DNA of 64,000 nucleotides from Clostridiales bacterium Firm_07 (GCA_001604005.1 LVAM01000010.1:85244-149243); one strand, 5' to 3'. Positions 42,150-51,018 are shown, numbered from the stretch's first letter. Notes: generated by a model from the sequence alone, not told the origin. Numbers and translations are program-made.

Positions 42150-42206
42150 GAGGCGCCACCCGGACGGCGCTTCGCGCCTATCGGCACGTCCGATTCCGGG
42201 TGGCGC
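42150..42206. repeat. Extra copies of the tRNA-Cys 3' end (one direct, one inverted)
   Basis: GAGGCGCCACCCGGA (42150-42164) equals the plus-strand 3' end of the tRNA-Cys gene (42252-42266). GTCCGATTCCGGGTGGCGC (42188-42206) is the exact reverse complement of 42255-42273. A 13/14 copy lies at 42037-42050. Confidence 0.75.
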
Positions 42207-42250
42207 AAAAAAGCACCCTGCCCCCCATTTGGGGGCAGGGTGCTTTTTTT
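42207..42250 (-). terminator. Intrinsic terminator of the tRNA operon (bidirectional shape)
   Basis: AGCACCCTGCCCC-loop-GGGGCAGGGTGCT with flanking A6 and T7 runs, immediately after the CCA of tRNA-Cys. Confidence 0.8.
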
Positions 42251-42323
42251 GGAGGCGCCACCCGGAATCGGACCGGGGATAAGGGTTTTGCAGACCCGTG
42301 CCTTACCGCTTGGCCATGGCGCC
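42250..42323 (-). tRNA. tRNA-Cys (anticodon GCA), CCA encoded
   Basis: The reverse complement GGCGCCATGGCCAAGCGGTAAGGCACGGGTCTGCAAAACCCTTATCCCCGGTCCGATTCCGGGTGGCGCCTCCA folds as a cloverleaf with anticodon loop CUGCAAA. The T-loop reads UCCGAUU (C at position 55), which is non-canonical. Confidence 0.85.
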
Positions 42324-42326
42324 TTA

Positions 42327-42402
42327 TGGAGCGGATTACGGGGATCGAACCCGCCACCTCGACCTTGGCAAGGTCGCGCTCTACCAAATGAGCTAAATCC
42401 GC
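42327..42402 (-). tRNA. tRNA-Gly (anticodon GCC), CCA encoded
   Basis: The reverse complement GCGGATTTAGCTCATTTGGTAGAGCGCGACCTTGCCAAGGTCGAGGTGGCGGGTTCGATCCCCGTAATCCGCTCCA gives a clean cloverleaf with anticodon loop UUGCCAA. Confidence 0.92.
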
Positions 42403-42441
42403 GTACGCTTCCATCTTATGTCAGCCCCGGGAAAAAGGTTC

Positions 42442-42517
42442 TGGTGGGAACAACAGGGCTCGAACCTGTGACCCCCTGCTTGTAAGGCAGATGCTCTCCC
42501 AACTGAGCTATGCTCCC
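42442..42517 (-). tRNA. tRNA-Val (anticodon UAC), CCA encoded
   Basis: The reverse complement GGGAGCATAGCTCAGTTGGGAGAGCATCTGCCTTACAAGCAGGGGGTCACAGGTTCGAGCCCTGTTGTTCCCACCA gives a cloverleaf with anticodon loop CUUACAA. Confidence 0.9.
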
Positions 42518-42534
42518 GCCCGACTGACTTCCCT

Positions 42535-42563
42535 ATTATACCACGCCGCGAAAAACTTGTCAA
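42535..42563 (-). promoter_or_regulatory. Consensus sigma-A promoter of the tRNA Val-Gly-Cys operon
   Basis: Minus strand reads TTGACA (42563-42558), a 17-nt spacer, then TATAAT (42540-42535), about 18 nt before the tRNA-Val 5' end. Confidence 0.7.
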
Positions 42564-42595
42564 CACTTTTTCAAAAAGATTTTCCGCGCGCTCCG

Positions 42596-42630
42596 CGAAA
42601 ACGCGGCGCCGCACAAACGTGCGGCGCCGC
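42596..42630 (-). terminator. Terminator of the 1464-aa beta-helix gene
   Basis: GCGGCGCCGCAC-AAAC-GTGCGGCGCCGC, followed on the minus strand by GUUUUCG. Confidence 0.6.
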
Positions 42631-42678
42631 CGGAAAAACCGTCAAGCGTGTCGGGGTTCTCCCCTTTCGCTTTTCTTT

Positions 42679-45600
42679 TTACACTTCGCTTGTCTCTACC
42701 AAAGAGGCGGGAAGATACGTTTGCAAGATCGCTTGGTACGCCGCGTCATAGGGGCTGAATTTTTCTTCATACAGCACCGAGGCGTATTGGTAGGTCTCGT
42801 CGGCTTCGTCGCTCACGTCCTCCAACATCGCCGTTGCCAGTTCGCACAGCGACCGTGCCGCCGCCGTGTCGTCCGTCGTGACGAAATACCGCTCGCCGCC
42901 TTCCCACGCGATCTTTGCGTAACCGACGCCGATGTATTTCGTCTCATAGTCTGCGGCGTCAATGCCGGTCAGCGTCGCCGTTGCCGTCAAATTGCCGTCG
43001 CCGTCGGTCACCGCGTCCTCGTCCGCCACCGCGAGATCGGTATACGGCACTTCAAACACCGCCAACATCTCGCGCGTCATCACGGCGGCGTCGGCAACGT
43101 CTTCGGTCAAAACCAAAACGCCGTAAGAAAGCGTCGATCCGGAAATAGCGGTCGCCAGTTCGTTCAATCCCGCCATCGTGTCCGCGTCCACCGTCACCGA
43201 GAAGGTCAGCGCGCCCTCGGTTGCGGGCGCCGTCATCGCGTACACGGCGTCCGCCGTATCCAAGGTGCATTCAACGTTGCAAGAATACGTATAGTCGCCA
43301 AATGTCAGCGTGGGATCGTTTTCATCGACCGACACCGACGCGGCGCCGCCGTCCAAGTTGATATAATAGGTCTGTTTGCCGCCGGCAAGCATCGTCGCGT
43401 CCGACACGGTCAGATCCGAAACGACGTTGCCGAGCAACATCACCTGATCGCTCACTTTGCGGTTGTTCACAAACACGCCGCCCGTAACGTTGACCGTTCC
43501 GTATCCCGAGGCGGTGCCGCATTTGAGCACCGCGTCCGCGGTGTTTTTGCGCGCGCCGTTGGCAAGAAGCGTAAACGTACCGCCGTTCACGTAAGCTTGC
43601 GCGGAAGCATACGAAAGGATTCTGCCGCTGTCGTGGTGCACGCTGCCGCCCGCCACTTCAATGACCGCGGCGCCGTCAGAGGCGAAACGTCCGTCATTGA
43701 TGACCAAAATGCCGTTCGTCATCGACACGGCGGCGATCAGCGCGTTTTTCTGCGAGGGCAGGAACGTGCCGCCGTTGATCGTCGTCACGGCGCGCGTATC
43801 GCCGCTCACCGTAGCGGGAGATTGCTGACGCAGTACGTAATCTCTCCCCTTCAACGTGCCGCCGTTGATCGTGATCGCAAATGCGGTCTTGGTGGCATCC
43901 GACAAAAGGATCGCGGAGGAAGACAGCGAGATGATTTCGGTCGTGCCGTCGATCAGCAGACTGCCGGTGGCGCCGTCGTCGATCTGGAAAGCACAGCCGT
44001 AAGAAACGAATCTGCCGCCGTGCAGTTCCACGACCCCGCGCGAACCCGCGAAATAAGCGAACATCTGTCCCGCGCCGCGCTGTGTAAACGTGCCGCCGTT
44101 GACGGTAACGTTGAGGTAAGCGCCGAACACGGTGCTGCTGGATTTAACCGCCCAGAAAGCGGCGTTGGTGCTGTATGCGTCAAACGTGCCGCCGTTGATG
44201 ACAAGCAAAGCGTTCTTGTTGCCGGGCTCGGTCGATTCTCCGCTGCTGTAAATAAAACAACCCGTGCCGTTTACGCGATACGTACCGCCGTTGACCGTGG
44301 TCTGCGTTGCGGTGGACTCGCGGAAGCGGAAGAAGGAGCCGCCGCCCTGCAAGGTCACGTCACCGCCGTTGAAAACGACTGTCGACGCGCCGGACGCGGC
44401 GTAAGAATAGTGCATCGTGGTGAAATACGTGCCGCCGTTGACCGTCAAGTTGGTGTTGGCGCGGATACGGTAAATATCGCCGCCATAGCAGGAGAAGTTA
44501 CCGTCGTTGACCGTCAGTTTGCAACCGACGTTGAAGAGGTAGCCGCTCGGGTTGGCACAGGTGAACGTGCCGCCGTCAATGTTGACGGTAACCGCGCTGG
44601 CGTTGAGACTGAAGATCATTTTTCCTTGCGAGCCGTTAAAGCGAGGCGAGGCAAGAACGTTGCCGCTCTCGTCTTTGGTTTCCCGAATATTCAGCGTTGC
44701 ACTTCCTTCAAAGAACGCAAGCACAACGCCGGTGGCGCCGTTAAACGTGCCGCCCGAAATGTTGACCGTACCCTTGGAAGCGCCGAAGAGGTATTGCCCG
44801 CCCGCCTTGGCGTTAAAGGTGCCGCCCATAATGTTGGTGGTCTGATCCACGTTCTGCCAGATCATACGCGTACTGGTATTGGGCGTATCCGCCATTGAAA
44901 AGTTGCCGTCATAAATATTGACAACGCTGTTTTTGCCATGGCTGAACTGGAAAGTACGCGTGCCCGATACAGAGGTGAAAGTTCCACCCTCGATATTCAG
45001 CAGCGTGCCGTCCGCCGATTTGCTGTTATCCAGGAAAATGGCGTAGTTGTCACCGCCTGCCACTTGGGCCTGCTTTTTGATGGTACCCGTCGTATTGCTG
45101 CCCGAAACCAACAACGCCACCGCGTTGCCCGCGGCCCGCAGTTTGCCGCTGACGGTGTAGGTGCAGTTGTCGCCGGAAACGAGCAGTGCCGCGTCCGTCG
45201 CGTTTTGGCTGTTGACAAACAGCGTCTCCGTGCTCGGCAGATCAAACGACGCGCCGTCGGCAAGTTCCACGGCGGAGCCGTTGGTCGCCGAAACCGAGAC
45301 GCCGTCGCCGAACGTCAGCGCGCCGCCGACACACAGCGCCGTGCCGCCCGTGGCGGCAAGCTTCACGTTTTGAAGCGTCAGCATACCCTTGCAAGCCGAA
45401 CTCGGCAGCACGGCAAGCAGTCCGCCCGCGCCGTCGTTCAGGGTCAGGTTTTTCATCGTCAGGGCGCCGCCGTTGACATAGATCATATAGCCGCCCTCGA
45501 CGTTCGTCGACAAAGTCTTGACGCCGCCTTTACCCGCGATGGTATATGTGAAACTGGCGGCGCGGATCGGCGTGACGAGCGCAGTGTTCAAAACAAAGTC

Positions 45601-47070
45601 GGAACGGATCCAAAGCGTTCCGCCGCTTGGCACCGCGCGCAGCGCGCGGTCGGCTTCGCAGAGATAGAAGATCTCGCTGTTGCCCGCGGCGTCTTCCACT
45701 TCAAGCACCTGATTTTCCGGTGCGAATTCCGGCGCGTCGGCATCGGGCGCGATCGCGGCATATTCCGTAAACGTCGTGTCGGAAACCGCAAAGAGATCGG
45801 CGGAAATCGCCATATCTTCCGCCGTCTTGGCGTATTCACCGGTCTCGCTCGTCACCGTATAATACGAGGGAATCGAAACGCCGAATTTCGTTTCGATCAT
45901 CGTGATGGGAAGCCCGGAGAACGTCGTGGCGGAATCCCCCGTCGTATCGGTAAAGAGCGCGGCGTCGCCTTCGTGGAGGGAATAAAACTCACCGCCCGTG
46001 ATCCGGAAATACGCGTATTGCGCGGCAGACGCGCCGATGATCGGAGAAAGCGTATACAAATTGTAGAAACGTCCGCCCGAAATGAAGATAAAGCCCGCTT
46101 TGTCGCCCGCTCGCAACATATTGGCTTTGGCGGCGTTTCTGGCAGCCACGGTAGAGGCAAACAGGAAATTGCCGCCTTCCACGTAGACCGATGCGCCTCT
46201 GTACGCGCGCAACACGGAGTAACACGAGTTGCCGCTGCCGCCCACGAACGTGCCGCCGCGAATGACGGTGGAAGGATTGGAAACCGCGCCGTCCGCGGTA
46301 ACGGTCTCATTGAACGTATCGATGACGGCATCGCCGCCGTTGGTAAAGAAACTGCCGTCCTCCACCGTCAACTGACCGTGGTTTTCAACGGCAACGCCTT
46401 TTCCTGCCTTGAAGAGCGATTCCGCGCCTTTGATCGTCACGATCGTGCTGTCGCCTTTGACCAACAGCGCGATGCCGCTGGCGGTCAGTTTGTTGGCGGA
46501 GTCGCCGCCGTAGATCTTGACGTTATCGAACGTCGCCGTCATCGGAACGTTGAGCCCGAGTTGCAGACCGCCCGCGTTTGCCTCCAACGTCAAATCTTTT
46601 ATCGTTATATCCATCTCGGTCGCGTATGTGGTGATGGCATACCCGCTCTTTGTATATGTATAGGTATAGCCCGCGCCGTCCAGCGTCCAAGTCGTATTAG
46701 CAAGCGAAATTGTGGCTTTGGTCGTCGTGGTAAAATCTTTCAGCATTCTGGCTGTGAAAGAAGTTTCGCCGAAGGTTTCGCTCCCGGCGTCCGTCGCCAG
46801 ATCCTGCAAGGTGGCGTAGTAACCGTAATGACTGCCGTCCGCGCGCAGCAACTGGAAATAATCCTCGTCGCCGGGCAACGGCGTTGTGTCAGGCTCGCCG
46901 TCCTCGCCGTCCGTTTCATAAGTGCCGGAGATCAGCAGAGAGGCATTCTCCGACAAGGCGGGCTCTCCGGCGGGAGAGGGAGCGGCACGATGGATCATCA
47001 CCGCCGTAAGCGGCACCAAAAGCGCCAGCGTCAGAACGGCAAGTATGGTCCCCAAAAATTTCTTTTTCAT
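42679..47070 (-). CDS. Very large secreted protein with about 20 GGTF-type repeats (predicted parallel beta-helix adhesin-like protein)
   Basis: 1464 aa from the ATG at 47070 (MKKKFLGTILAVLTLALLVPLTA...), preceded by AAAGGAGA plus 6 nt. An alternative ATG lies at 47076, and the ORF-track start at 47283 lies upstream of the promoter. Motifs recur every ~35-60 aa, such as INGGTF, VNGGTY, ISGGTFNG, IEGGTFTS and LHGGRF. No LPXTG motif or other anchor recognised. Confidence 0.8.
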   Translation of the reverse strand: MKKKFLGTILAVLTLALLVPLTAVMIHRAAPSPAGEPALSENASLLISGTYETDGEDGEPDTTPLPGDEDYFQLLRADGSHYGYYATLQDLATDAGSETFGETSFTARMLKDFTTTTKATISLANTTWTLDGAGYTYTYTKSGYAITTYATEMDITIKDLTLEANAGGLQLGLNVPMTATFDNVKIYGGDSANKLTASGIALLVKGDSTIVTIKGAESLFKAGKGVAVENHGQLTVEDGSFFTNGGDAVIDTFNETVTADGAVSNPSTVIRGGTFVGGSGNSCYSVLRAYRGASVYVEGGNFLFASTVAARNAAKANMLRAGDKAGFIFISGGRFYNLYTLSPIIGASAAQYAYFRITGGEFYSLHEGDAALFTDTTGDSATTFSGLPITMIETKFGVSIPSYYTVTSETGEYAKTAEDMAISADLFAVSDTTFTEYAAIAPDADAPEFAPENQVLEVEDAAGNSEIFYLCEADRALRAVPSGGTLWIRSDFVLNTALVTPIRAASFTYTIAGKGGVKTLSTNVEGGYMIYVNGGALTMKNLTLNDGAGGLLAVLPSSACKGMLTLQNVKLAATGGTALCVGGALTFGDGVSVSATNGSAVELADGASFDLPSTETLFVNSQNATDAALLVSGDNCTYTVSGKLRAAGNAVALLVSGSNTTGTIKKQAQVAGGDNYAIFLDNSKSADGTLLNIEGGTFTSVSGTRTFQFSHGKNSVVNIYDGNFSMADTPNTSTRMIWQNVDQTTNIMGGTFNAKAGGQYLFGASKGTVNISGGTFNGATGVVLAFFEGSATLNIRETKDESGNVLASPRFNGSQGKMIFSLNASAVTVNIDGGTFTCANPSGYLFNVGCKLTVNDGNFSCYGGDIYRIRANTNLTVNGGTYFTTMHYSYAASGASTVVFNGGDVTLQGGGSFFRFRESTATQTTVNGGTYRVNGTGCFIYSSGESTEPGNKNALLVINGGTFDAYSTNAAFWAVKSSSTVFGAYLNVTVNGGTFTQRGAGQMFAYFAGSRGVVELHGGRFVSYGCAFQIDDGATGSLLIDGTTEIISLSSSAILLSDATKTAFAITINGGTLKGRDYVLRQQSPATVSGDTRAVTTINGGTFLPSQKNALIAAVSMTNGILVINDGRFASDGAAVIEVAGGSVHHDSGRILSYASAQAYVNGGTFTLLANGARKNTADAVLKCGTASGYGTVNVTGGVFVNNRKVSDQVMLLGNVVSDLTVSDATMLAGGKQTYYINLDGGAASVSVDENDPTLTFGDYTYSCNVECTLDTADAVYAMTAPATEGALTFSVTVDADTMAGLNELATAISGSTLSYGVLVLTEDVADAAVMTREMLAVFEVPYTDLAVADEDAVTDGDGNLTATATLTGIDAADYETKYIGVGYAKIAWEGGERYFVTTDDTAAARSLCELATAMLEDVSDEADETYQYASVLYEEKFSPYDAAYQAILQTYLPASLVETSEV

Positions 47071-47148
47071 CTTCATTCTCCTTTTGAGCGGATTTCGACG
47101 CCCGTGCGAGTGCGCAGGCGCGCAGAGAGTGTATTTACAGTCAAGTTT

Positions 47149-47177
47149 ATTATAATATAAAAACGCCCGCGCGTCAA
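47149..47177 (-). promoter_or_regulatory. Sigma-A-type promoter of the beta-helix gene
   Basis: Minus strand reads TTGACG (47177-47172), a 17-nt spacer, then TATAAT (47154-47149). Confidence 0.6.
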
Positions 47178-47305
47178 GCGCTTTGCGCGCACTTTCGGTT
47201 TTTCTCACTTTTATACAATACCGGCAACCGAAAAGAAACTTTTGTGTCCGAAAAAACGCGGAAAACGCGCTATGTTGTGCCACTTATTCCGCTTTGCGAA
47301 AATGC

Positions 47306-47348
47306 ACAAAAAAGCGCGCCGCTCCGGTGGGAGCGGCGCGCTTTTTTG
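47306..47348. terminator. Bidirectional intrinsic terminator after rnhA
   Basis: AAAAAAGCGCGCCGCTCC-GGTG-GGAGCGGCGCGCTTTTTTG. Confidence 0.85.
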
Positions 47349-47357
47349 TGTTTTGGC

Positions 47358-47858
47358 TCAATCGAGCGGCGACGTTTCGCCCTCTTTCGGCGCAAAACTG
47401 TCCGCAAAGGCGGTCGCCAAACGGTCGCACCGTTCGTTATACGGGTGCCCGTTGTGCCCTTTTACCCAAATGAACGTCACGCGGTGGCGATCAAGCAAGG
47501 CAAGCAGTTTTTCCCACAGATCGACGTTTTGCGCGGGCTTTTTGTCGGCAAGCCGCCACCCGTTTTGCCGCCACGCGCGCGCCCACCCCTTTTCCACGGC
47601 GTCCGCGACGTAACGCGAATCGGTGGTCAGCGTTACCGCGCAAGGCTCGCGCAGAGCGTCAAGCGCCGCGATCACGGCGGAAAGTTCCATACGGTTGTTG
47701 GTCGTCTCCGCTTCACCGCCCGACAGTTCTTTTTCGTGCTCCCCGTAAACGAGGATCGCCCCCCATCCGCCCCTGCCGGGATTGCCCCGGCAGGCGCCGT
47801 CGGTGTAGATCTCTACCTCTTTCATTTTGGGCGTTTTTTCGCTACCATTTCCGCTCAT
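47358..47858 (-). CDS. rnhA: Ribonuclease HI
   Basis: 166 aa. [40 protein letters not shown] and [18 protein letters not shown] match the RNase HI catalytic DEDD core. The ATG at 47858 overlaps the upstream stop (ATGA). An alternative start lies at 47825. Confidence 0.9.
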   Translation of the reverse strand: MSGNGSEKTPKMKEVEIYTDGACRGNPGRGGWGAILVYGEHEKELSGGEAETTNNRMELSAVIAALDALREPCAVTLTTDSRYVADAVEKGWARAWRQNGWRLADKKPAQNVDLWEKLLALLDRHRVTFIWVKGHNGHPYNERCDRLATAFADSFAPKEGETSPLD

Positions 47859-49141
47859 TCCTCTTCTTCCTCTTGTTGCGGCGTCACGAGAAGCGTCAGT
47901 TTCGTCACGCGCTCCTCATCCATTTCCGCCACGACGACGAACAGATTACGATACGCGAAACTTGCGCCGACGTGCGGATCCGCGTTCAGCATTTCCACCG
48001 CCCAGCCGCCCATGGTGGTATACTCACAACTGAAATCTTCGGGGGGCGTGAACTCGATCTCATCAAAACAGTCTTCAATGTTCATATCGCCCGAAACTTC
48101 GTACGTGTTCTCCCCCGTTGCGCGGCATTCGTTGACGATCACGTCGGTGTCGTCCCAGATCTCGCCCACCAGTTCTTCAAGGATATCTTCCATCGTCACC
48201 ACGCCCAGCGTACCGCCGAACTCGTCGATCACGATGGCAAGGTGCATCTTCTTTTCCCGCATACGCGACAGCGCGGCAGGGAGTTTCATCGTCTTATACA
48301 GTTTGCAAGGGGGCATCAAGAGCGAGCGGATGTCGGGCGTTTCCTCATCGAGCGTCGCCTTGTAGTAGCGCGTCAGCGACAAGATACCGATGATGTTGTC
48401 GATGCTGTCCTCATAGACCGGCACGCGCGAAAACTGCGCGGGATCCGAAAGGAGTGCCCGCTTTTCCTCTTCGTCCGCGTCGATATCCATCGAGGTCATA
48501 TCAATGCGGGGCGTCATCACTTCGCCCACGGTCGTGTCGGCAAATTCCAGCGTGGATTGGAGCAGTTCGCTCTTTTCCTCGTCGATAACGCCCTCTTCCT
48601 CGACCGTGTCTATGATGGTGGAAAGGTCTTCCTCGGTAACGGTCGGATCGTCCTCGTCATAGTCGCGCCCCCACACGCGGCGCAATCCGCGCACGATGAG
48701 CATCACCACGAATACGGCGGGATAAAGTAGAATCGTCAGTACGCGAATGGGGATCGCCACAAAGCGCACCACGCGGTCGGCGTGCTGTTTGCCGATGATC
48801 TTGGGCACGATCTCGCCGAAAATCAGCACCACCACCGTGACCACGACCGTGGCAATGGTGGAGGCAACGCCCTCTTTCCCGGCGAAAAGCCGCAGGGCGA
48901 TCAGCGTCGTGCAGGTGGAAACGGCGATGTTGGCAAGATTGTTGCCCATTAAGATCGCGGAGAGCGACGCGGTAAAGTTTTCGCTGATACGGTATGCCAC
49001 CTTTGCCGTCGTTTCTCCGGCTTCCGCCGCGCGGCGGAGCCGCAGTTTACCGGCGGCGTTGAACGCGATCTCGGAAGCCGAGAAATACGCCGAGAGCGCG
49101 ATCATCACGAAAATCACGATATAAGGAACAGCGCCTGTCAT
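47855..49141 (-). CDS. CNNM/CorC-family (hemolysin-family) membrane protein: DUF21 + CBS pair + CorC_HlyC
   Basis: 428 aa. Four N-terminal TM helices, a CBS region ([12 protein letters not shown]...[15 protein letters not shown]) and a C-terminal transporter-associated domain. Start overlaps the upstream gene (ATGA). Confidence 0.85.
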   Translation of the reverse strand: MTGAVPYIVIFVMIALSAYFSASEIAFNAAGKLRLRRAAEAGETTAKVAYRISENFTASLSAILMGNNLANIAVSTCTTLIALRLFAGKEGVASTIATVVVTVVVLIFGEIVPKIIGKQHADRVVRFVAIPIRVLTILLYPAVFVVMLIVRGLRRVWGRDYDEDDPTVTEEDLSTIIDTVEEEGVIDEEKSELLQSTLEFADTTVGEVMTPRIDMTSMDIDADEEEKRALLSDPAQFSRVPVYEDSIDNIIGILSLTRYYKATLDEETPDIRSLLMPPCKLYKTMKLPAALSRMREKKMHLAIVIDEFGGTLGVVTMEDILEELVGEIWDDTDVIVNECRATGENTYEVSGDMNIEDCFDEIEFTPPEDFSCEYTTMGGWAVEMLNADPHVGASFAYRNLFVVVAEMDEERVTKLTLLVTPQQEEEEE

Positions 49142-50457
49142 CTGCTCACCTCCCCGCCCTCTTCGGCGGCGGTGCGTTCGGCATATTCTTCTTCGTCGAG
49201 AATATGCAGTTCGGCGCGTTTCAATTGTTCGTTTTCAAACTCCGACGCGGTAAATTCCACGTCGTCCACAAGGAACGTTTCGTCCTCGCGCGGCAAGTGC
49301 CCCAGTTTTTCAAGGAAAAGCGATAAGATCGGCTTTGCGGCGGCTCCGCGCGGCGGGGCGCGATGCCCCATTTTCTCAAACGCGCTGCCCACCAGCATAT
49401 TGACGCTGACGAGATATTTGTTGCCGCCCAACGTTTGGAAATTGTGGTCGACCACGTCGTCCTCGTCAAAGATCTCTCCGACGAGTTCTTCCAGGAAATC
49501 TTCCACCGTCACAAGACCGACCATCTTTTTGTCTTCGTCCGTAACGATCGCCACAAGGTGCTTGTGTTGACGCATATCCGTCAACACGTCGTCGATCTTG
49601 GCGTCGTCGCGCACAAAATAGGGCTGCGCCATCACGGCGCGCAGTTTCACTTTGGGATTGGCGCGATATTCCGTCAGATAGCGGCGAATGCGCAAAACGC
49701 CGACGATGTGATCGGGCGTCCCCGCGTACACGGGGATACGGGAGTGGTTCGTCTCGCGGATCGCCGCAAGGATCTCGGCGGTGGTCGCGTTGATATTGAT
49801 GGCGTCGACGTCGCGCGCCATCGTCATTACGTCGCGTACCCGCGTTTCGTCAAATTCCAACGCGGATTTGAGAATGTCGTTCTGCTCCTCGTCCATCACG
49901 CCCTCTTCCTCGGCGGTATCGAAAATATCCGCCAGTTCGTCCTCGGTAATGGAAGGATCGGATTTGGCGAAAAGGCGTGAGGCGCCCTTGGAAATGAGTC
50001 CGAAAAACGCCGAGATAGGCGTCAGCACGCGCATCAAAAAGAGCAGCGAACCGGAAGACGAAAGGGAGAGCGTTTCGGCGCGGTCGTTCGCGAAACTCTT
50101 GGGGATCATCTCACTGAAAAGGAAGATGACCGCGGTCGAGAGCGCCGTGCACGCAACCGTAAAGCCGAACCCTTCCGCTTTGCCCGCGAAAAGCCGCGCG
50201 GCGATGATGGTTGCCACCGACGCCGCGGCGATATGGGTGATATTGTTGCCGACAAGCAGTGTCGTCAACGCTTTTTCAAAATGATTGAGAATGTAGAGTA
50301 CCCTTTTGGCGCGTTTATTGCCTTCTTCCGCCTTGGATTTGATCTTGATCTTGTTGACGGCGGCAAACGCGCTCTCCGCGCCCGCGAAATACGCGCCCGC
50401 CAAAACAAAGAAAATGACCGCAAGCCATAAGGGTATCGTACTGTCGCCTTCCGACAT
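49138..50457 (-). CDS. CNNM/CorC-family membrane protein, paralog
   Basis: 439 aa with the same architecture (VMTMARDVDAINI...IPVYAGTPDHIVGVL). Confidence 0.85.
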   Translation of the reverse strand: MSEGDSTIPLWLAVIFFVLAGAYFAGAESAFAAVNKIKIKSKAEEGNKRAKRVLYILNHFEKALTTLLVGNNITHIAAASVATIIAARLFAGKAEGFGFTVACTALSTAVIFLFSEMIPKSFANDRAETLSLSSSGSLLFLMRVLTPISAFFGLISKGASRLFAKSDPSITEDELADIFDTAEEEGVMDEEQNDILKSALEFDETRVRDVMTMARDVDAININATTAEILAAIRETNHSRIPVYAGTPDHIVGVLRIRRYLTEYRANPKVKLRAVMAQPYFVRDDAKIDDVLTDMRQHKHLVAIVTDEDKKMVGLVTVEDFLEELVGEIFDEDDVVDHNFQTLGGNKYLVSVNMLVGSAFEKMGHRAPPRGAAAKPILSLFLEKLGHLPREDETFLVDDVEFTASEFENEQLKRAELHILDEEEYAERTAAEEGGEVSR

Positions 50458-50501
50458 AATGAGAAAATCACACTCCTTGTAAAAAGAATTTAGACTTTTT
50501 T

Positions 50502-50530
50502 ATTATATCATACTTTCCGCAACTTGTCAA
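50502..50530 (-). promoter_or_regulatory. Consensus sigma-A promoter of the CNNM-CNNM-rnhA operon
   Basis: Minus strand reads TTGACA (50530-50525), a 17-nt spacer, then TATAAT (50507-50502). Confidence 0.65.
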
Positions 50531-50531
50531 G

Positions 50532-50566
50532 AAAAGTGCGCGCGCCGTCTCGGCGCGCGCACTTTT
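50532..50566 (-). terminator. Intrinsic terminator after yerC
   Basis: AAAAGTGCGCGCGCCG-TCT-CGGCGCGCGCACTTTT. Confidence 0.8.
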
Positions 50567-50573
50567 TCCCTTT

Positions 50574-50877
50574 TTACTGCTTCTTTTCGGCAAACAACCG
50601 CTCGATGATCATCGGATAACCGCCGCTGCCGTACGTGAGACAGCGGTTGACGCGGCTGATCGTGGCGGTGGACATTCCGGTCGCCTCTCCGATCTCGGTA
50701 TAACTCTTTTTATCATACAGCATACGCGCTACCTGCAAGCGTTGGGCAATGTCCAAAATCTCTTTTACCGTGCATACGTCCTCAAAAAAACGGTAGCATT
50801 CGTCCACGTTTTCAAGCGACAGCACCGCGCGAAAAAAATCGTCTGTTTCCGTGTTGCGATAGGTCATTTTCATCCCT
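50574..50877 (-). CDS. yerC: YerC/YecD-family (TrpR-like) DNA-binding protein
   Basis: 100 aa from the ATG at 50877, preceded by GGAGGG plus 6 nt. FFRAVLSL...ECYRFFEDVCTVKEILDIAQRLQVARML....SYTEIGEATGMSTATISRVNRCL is the YerC signature. Confidence 0.85.
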
Positions 50878-50909
50878 CCGTTCACTTTATCGTGATACTA
50901 TGATAACAC

Positions 50910-50938
50910 AAGAAAAGCGCTTTGTCAAGCGGAAAAGC
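50910..50938 (-). promoter_or_regulatory. Sigma-A-type promoter of yerC
   Basis: Minus strand reads TTGACA (50938-50933), a 17-nt spacer, then TATCAT (50915-50910). Confidence 0.6.
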
Positions 50939-50967
50939 GAAAATTCCTCCCGCGCGGGTGTTCGAAG

Positions 50968-51010
50968 CGCAAAAACGCACCGCCCGTCGCGTCTCGCGAC
51001 GGGCGGTGCG
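50968..51010 (-). terminator. Intrinsic terminator ending the glycogen operon
   Basis: CGCACCGCCCGTCGCG-TCT-CGCGACGGGCGGTGCG, preceded on the plus strand by A5, which gives a U-run on the minus strand. Confidence 0.85.
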
Positions 51011-51018
51011 CCCTAAAA

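Noticed and set aside
42023-42614. Several 70-130-aa ORFs on both strands (42023-42391, 42084-42485, 42178-42414, 42393-42614)
   Set aside because: They run through three well-folding tRNA genes and their terminator, so they are artefacts.
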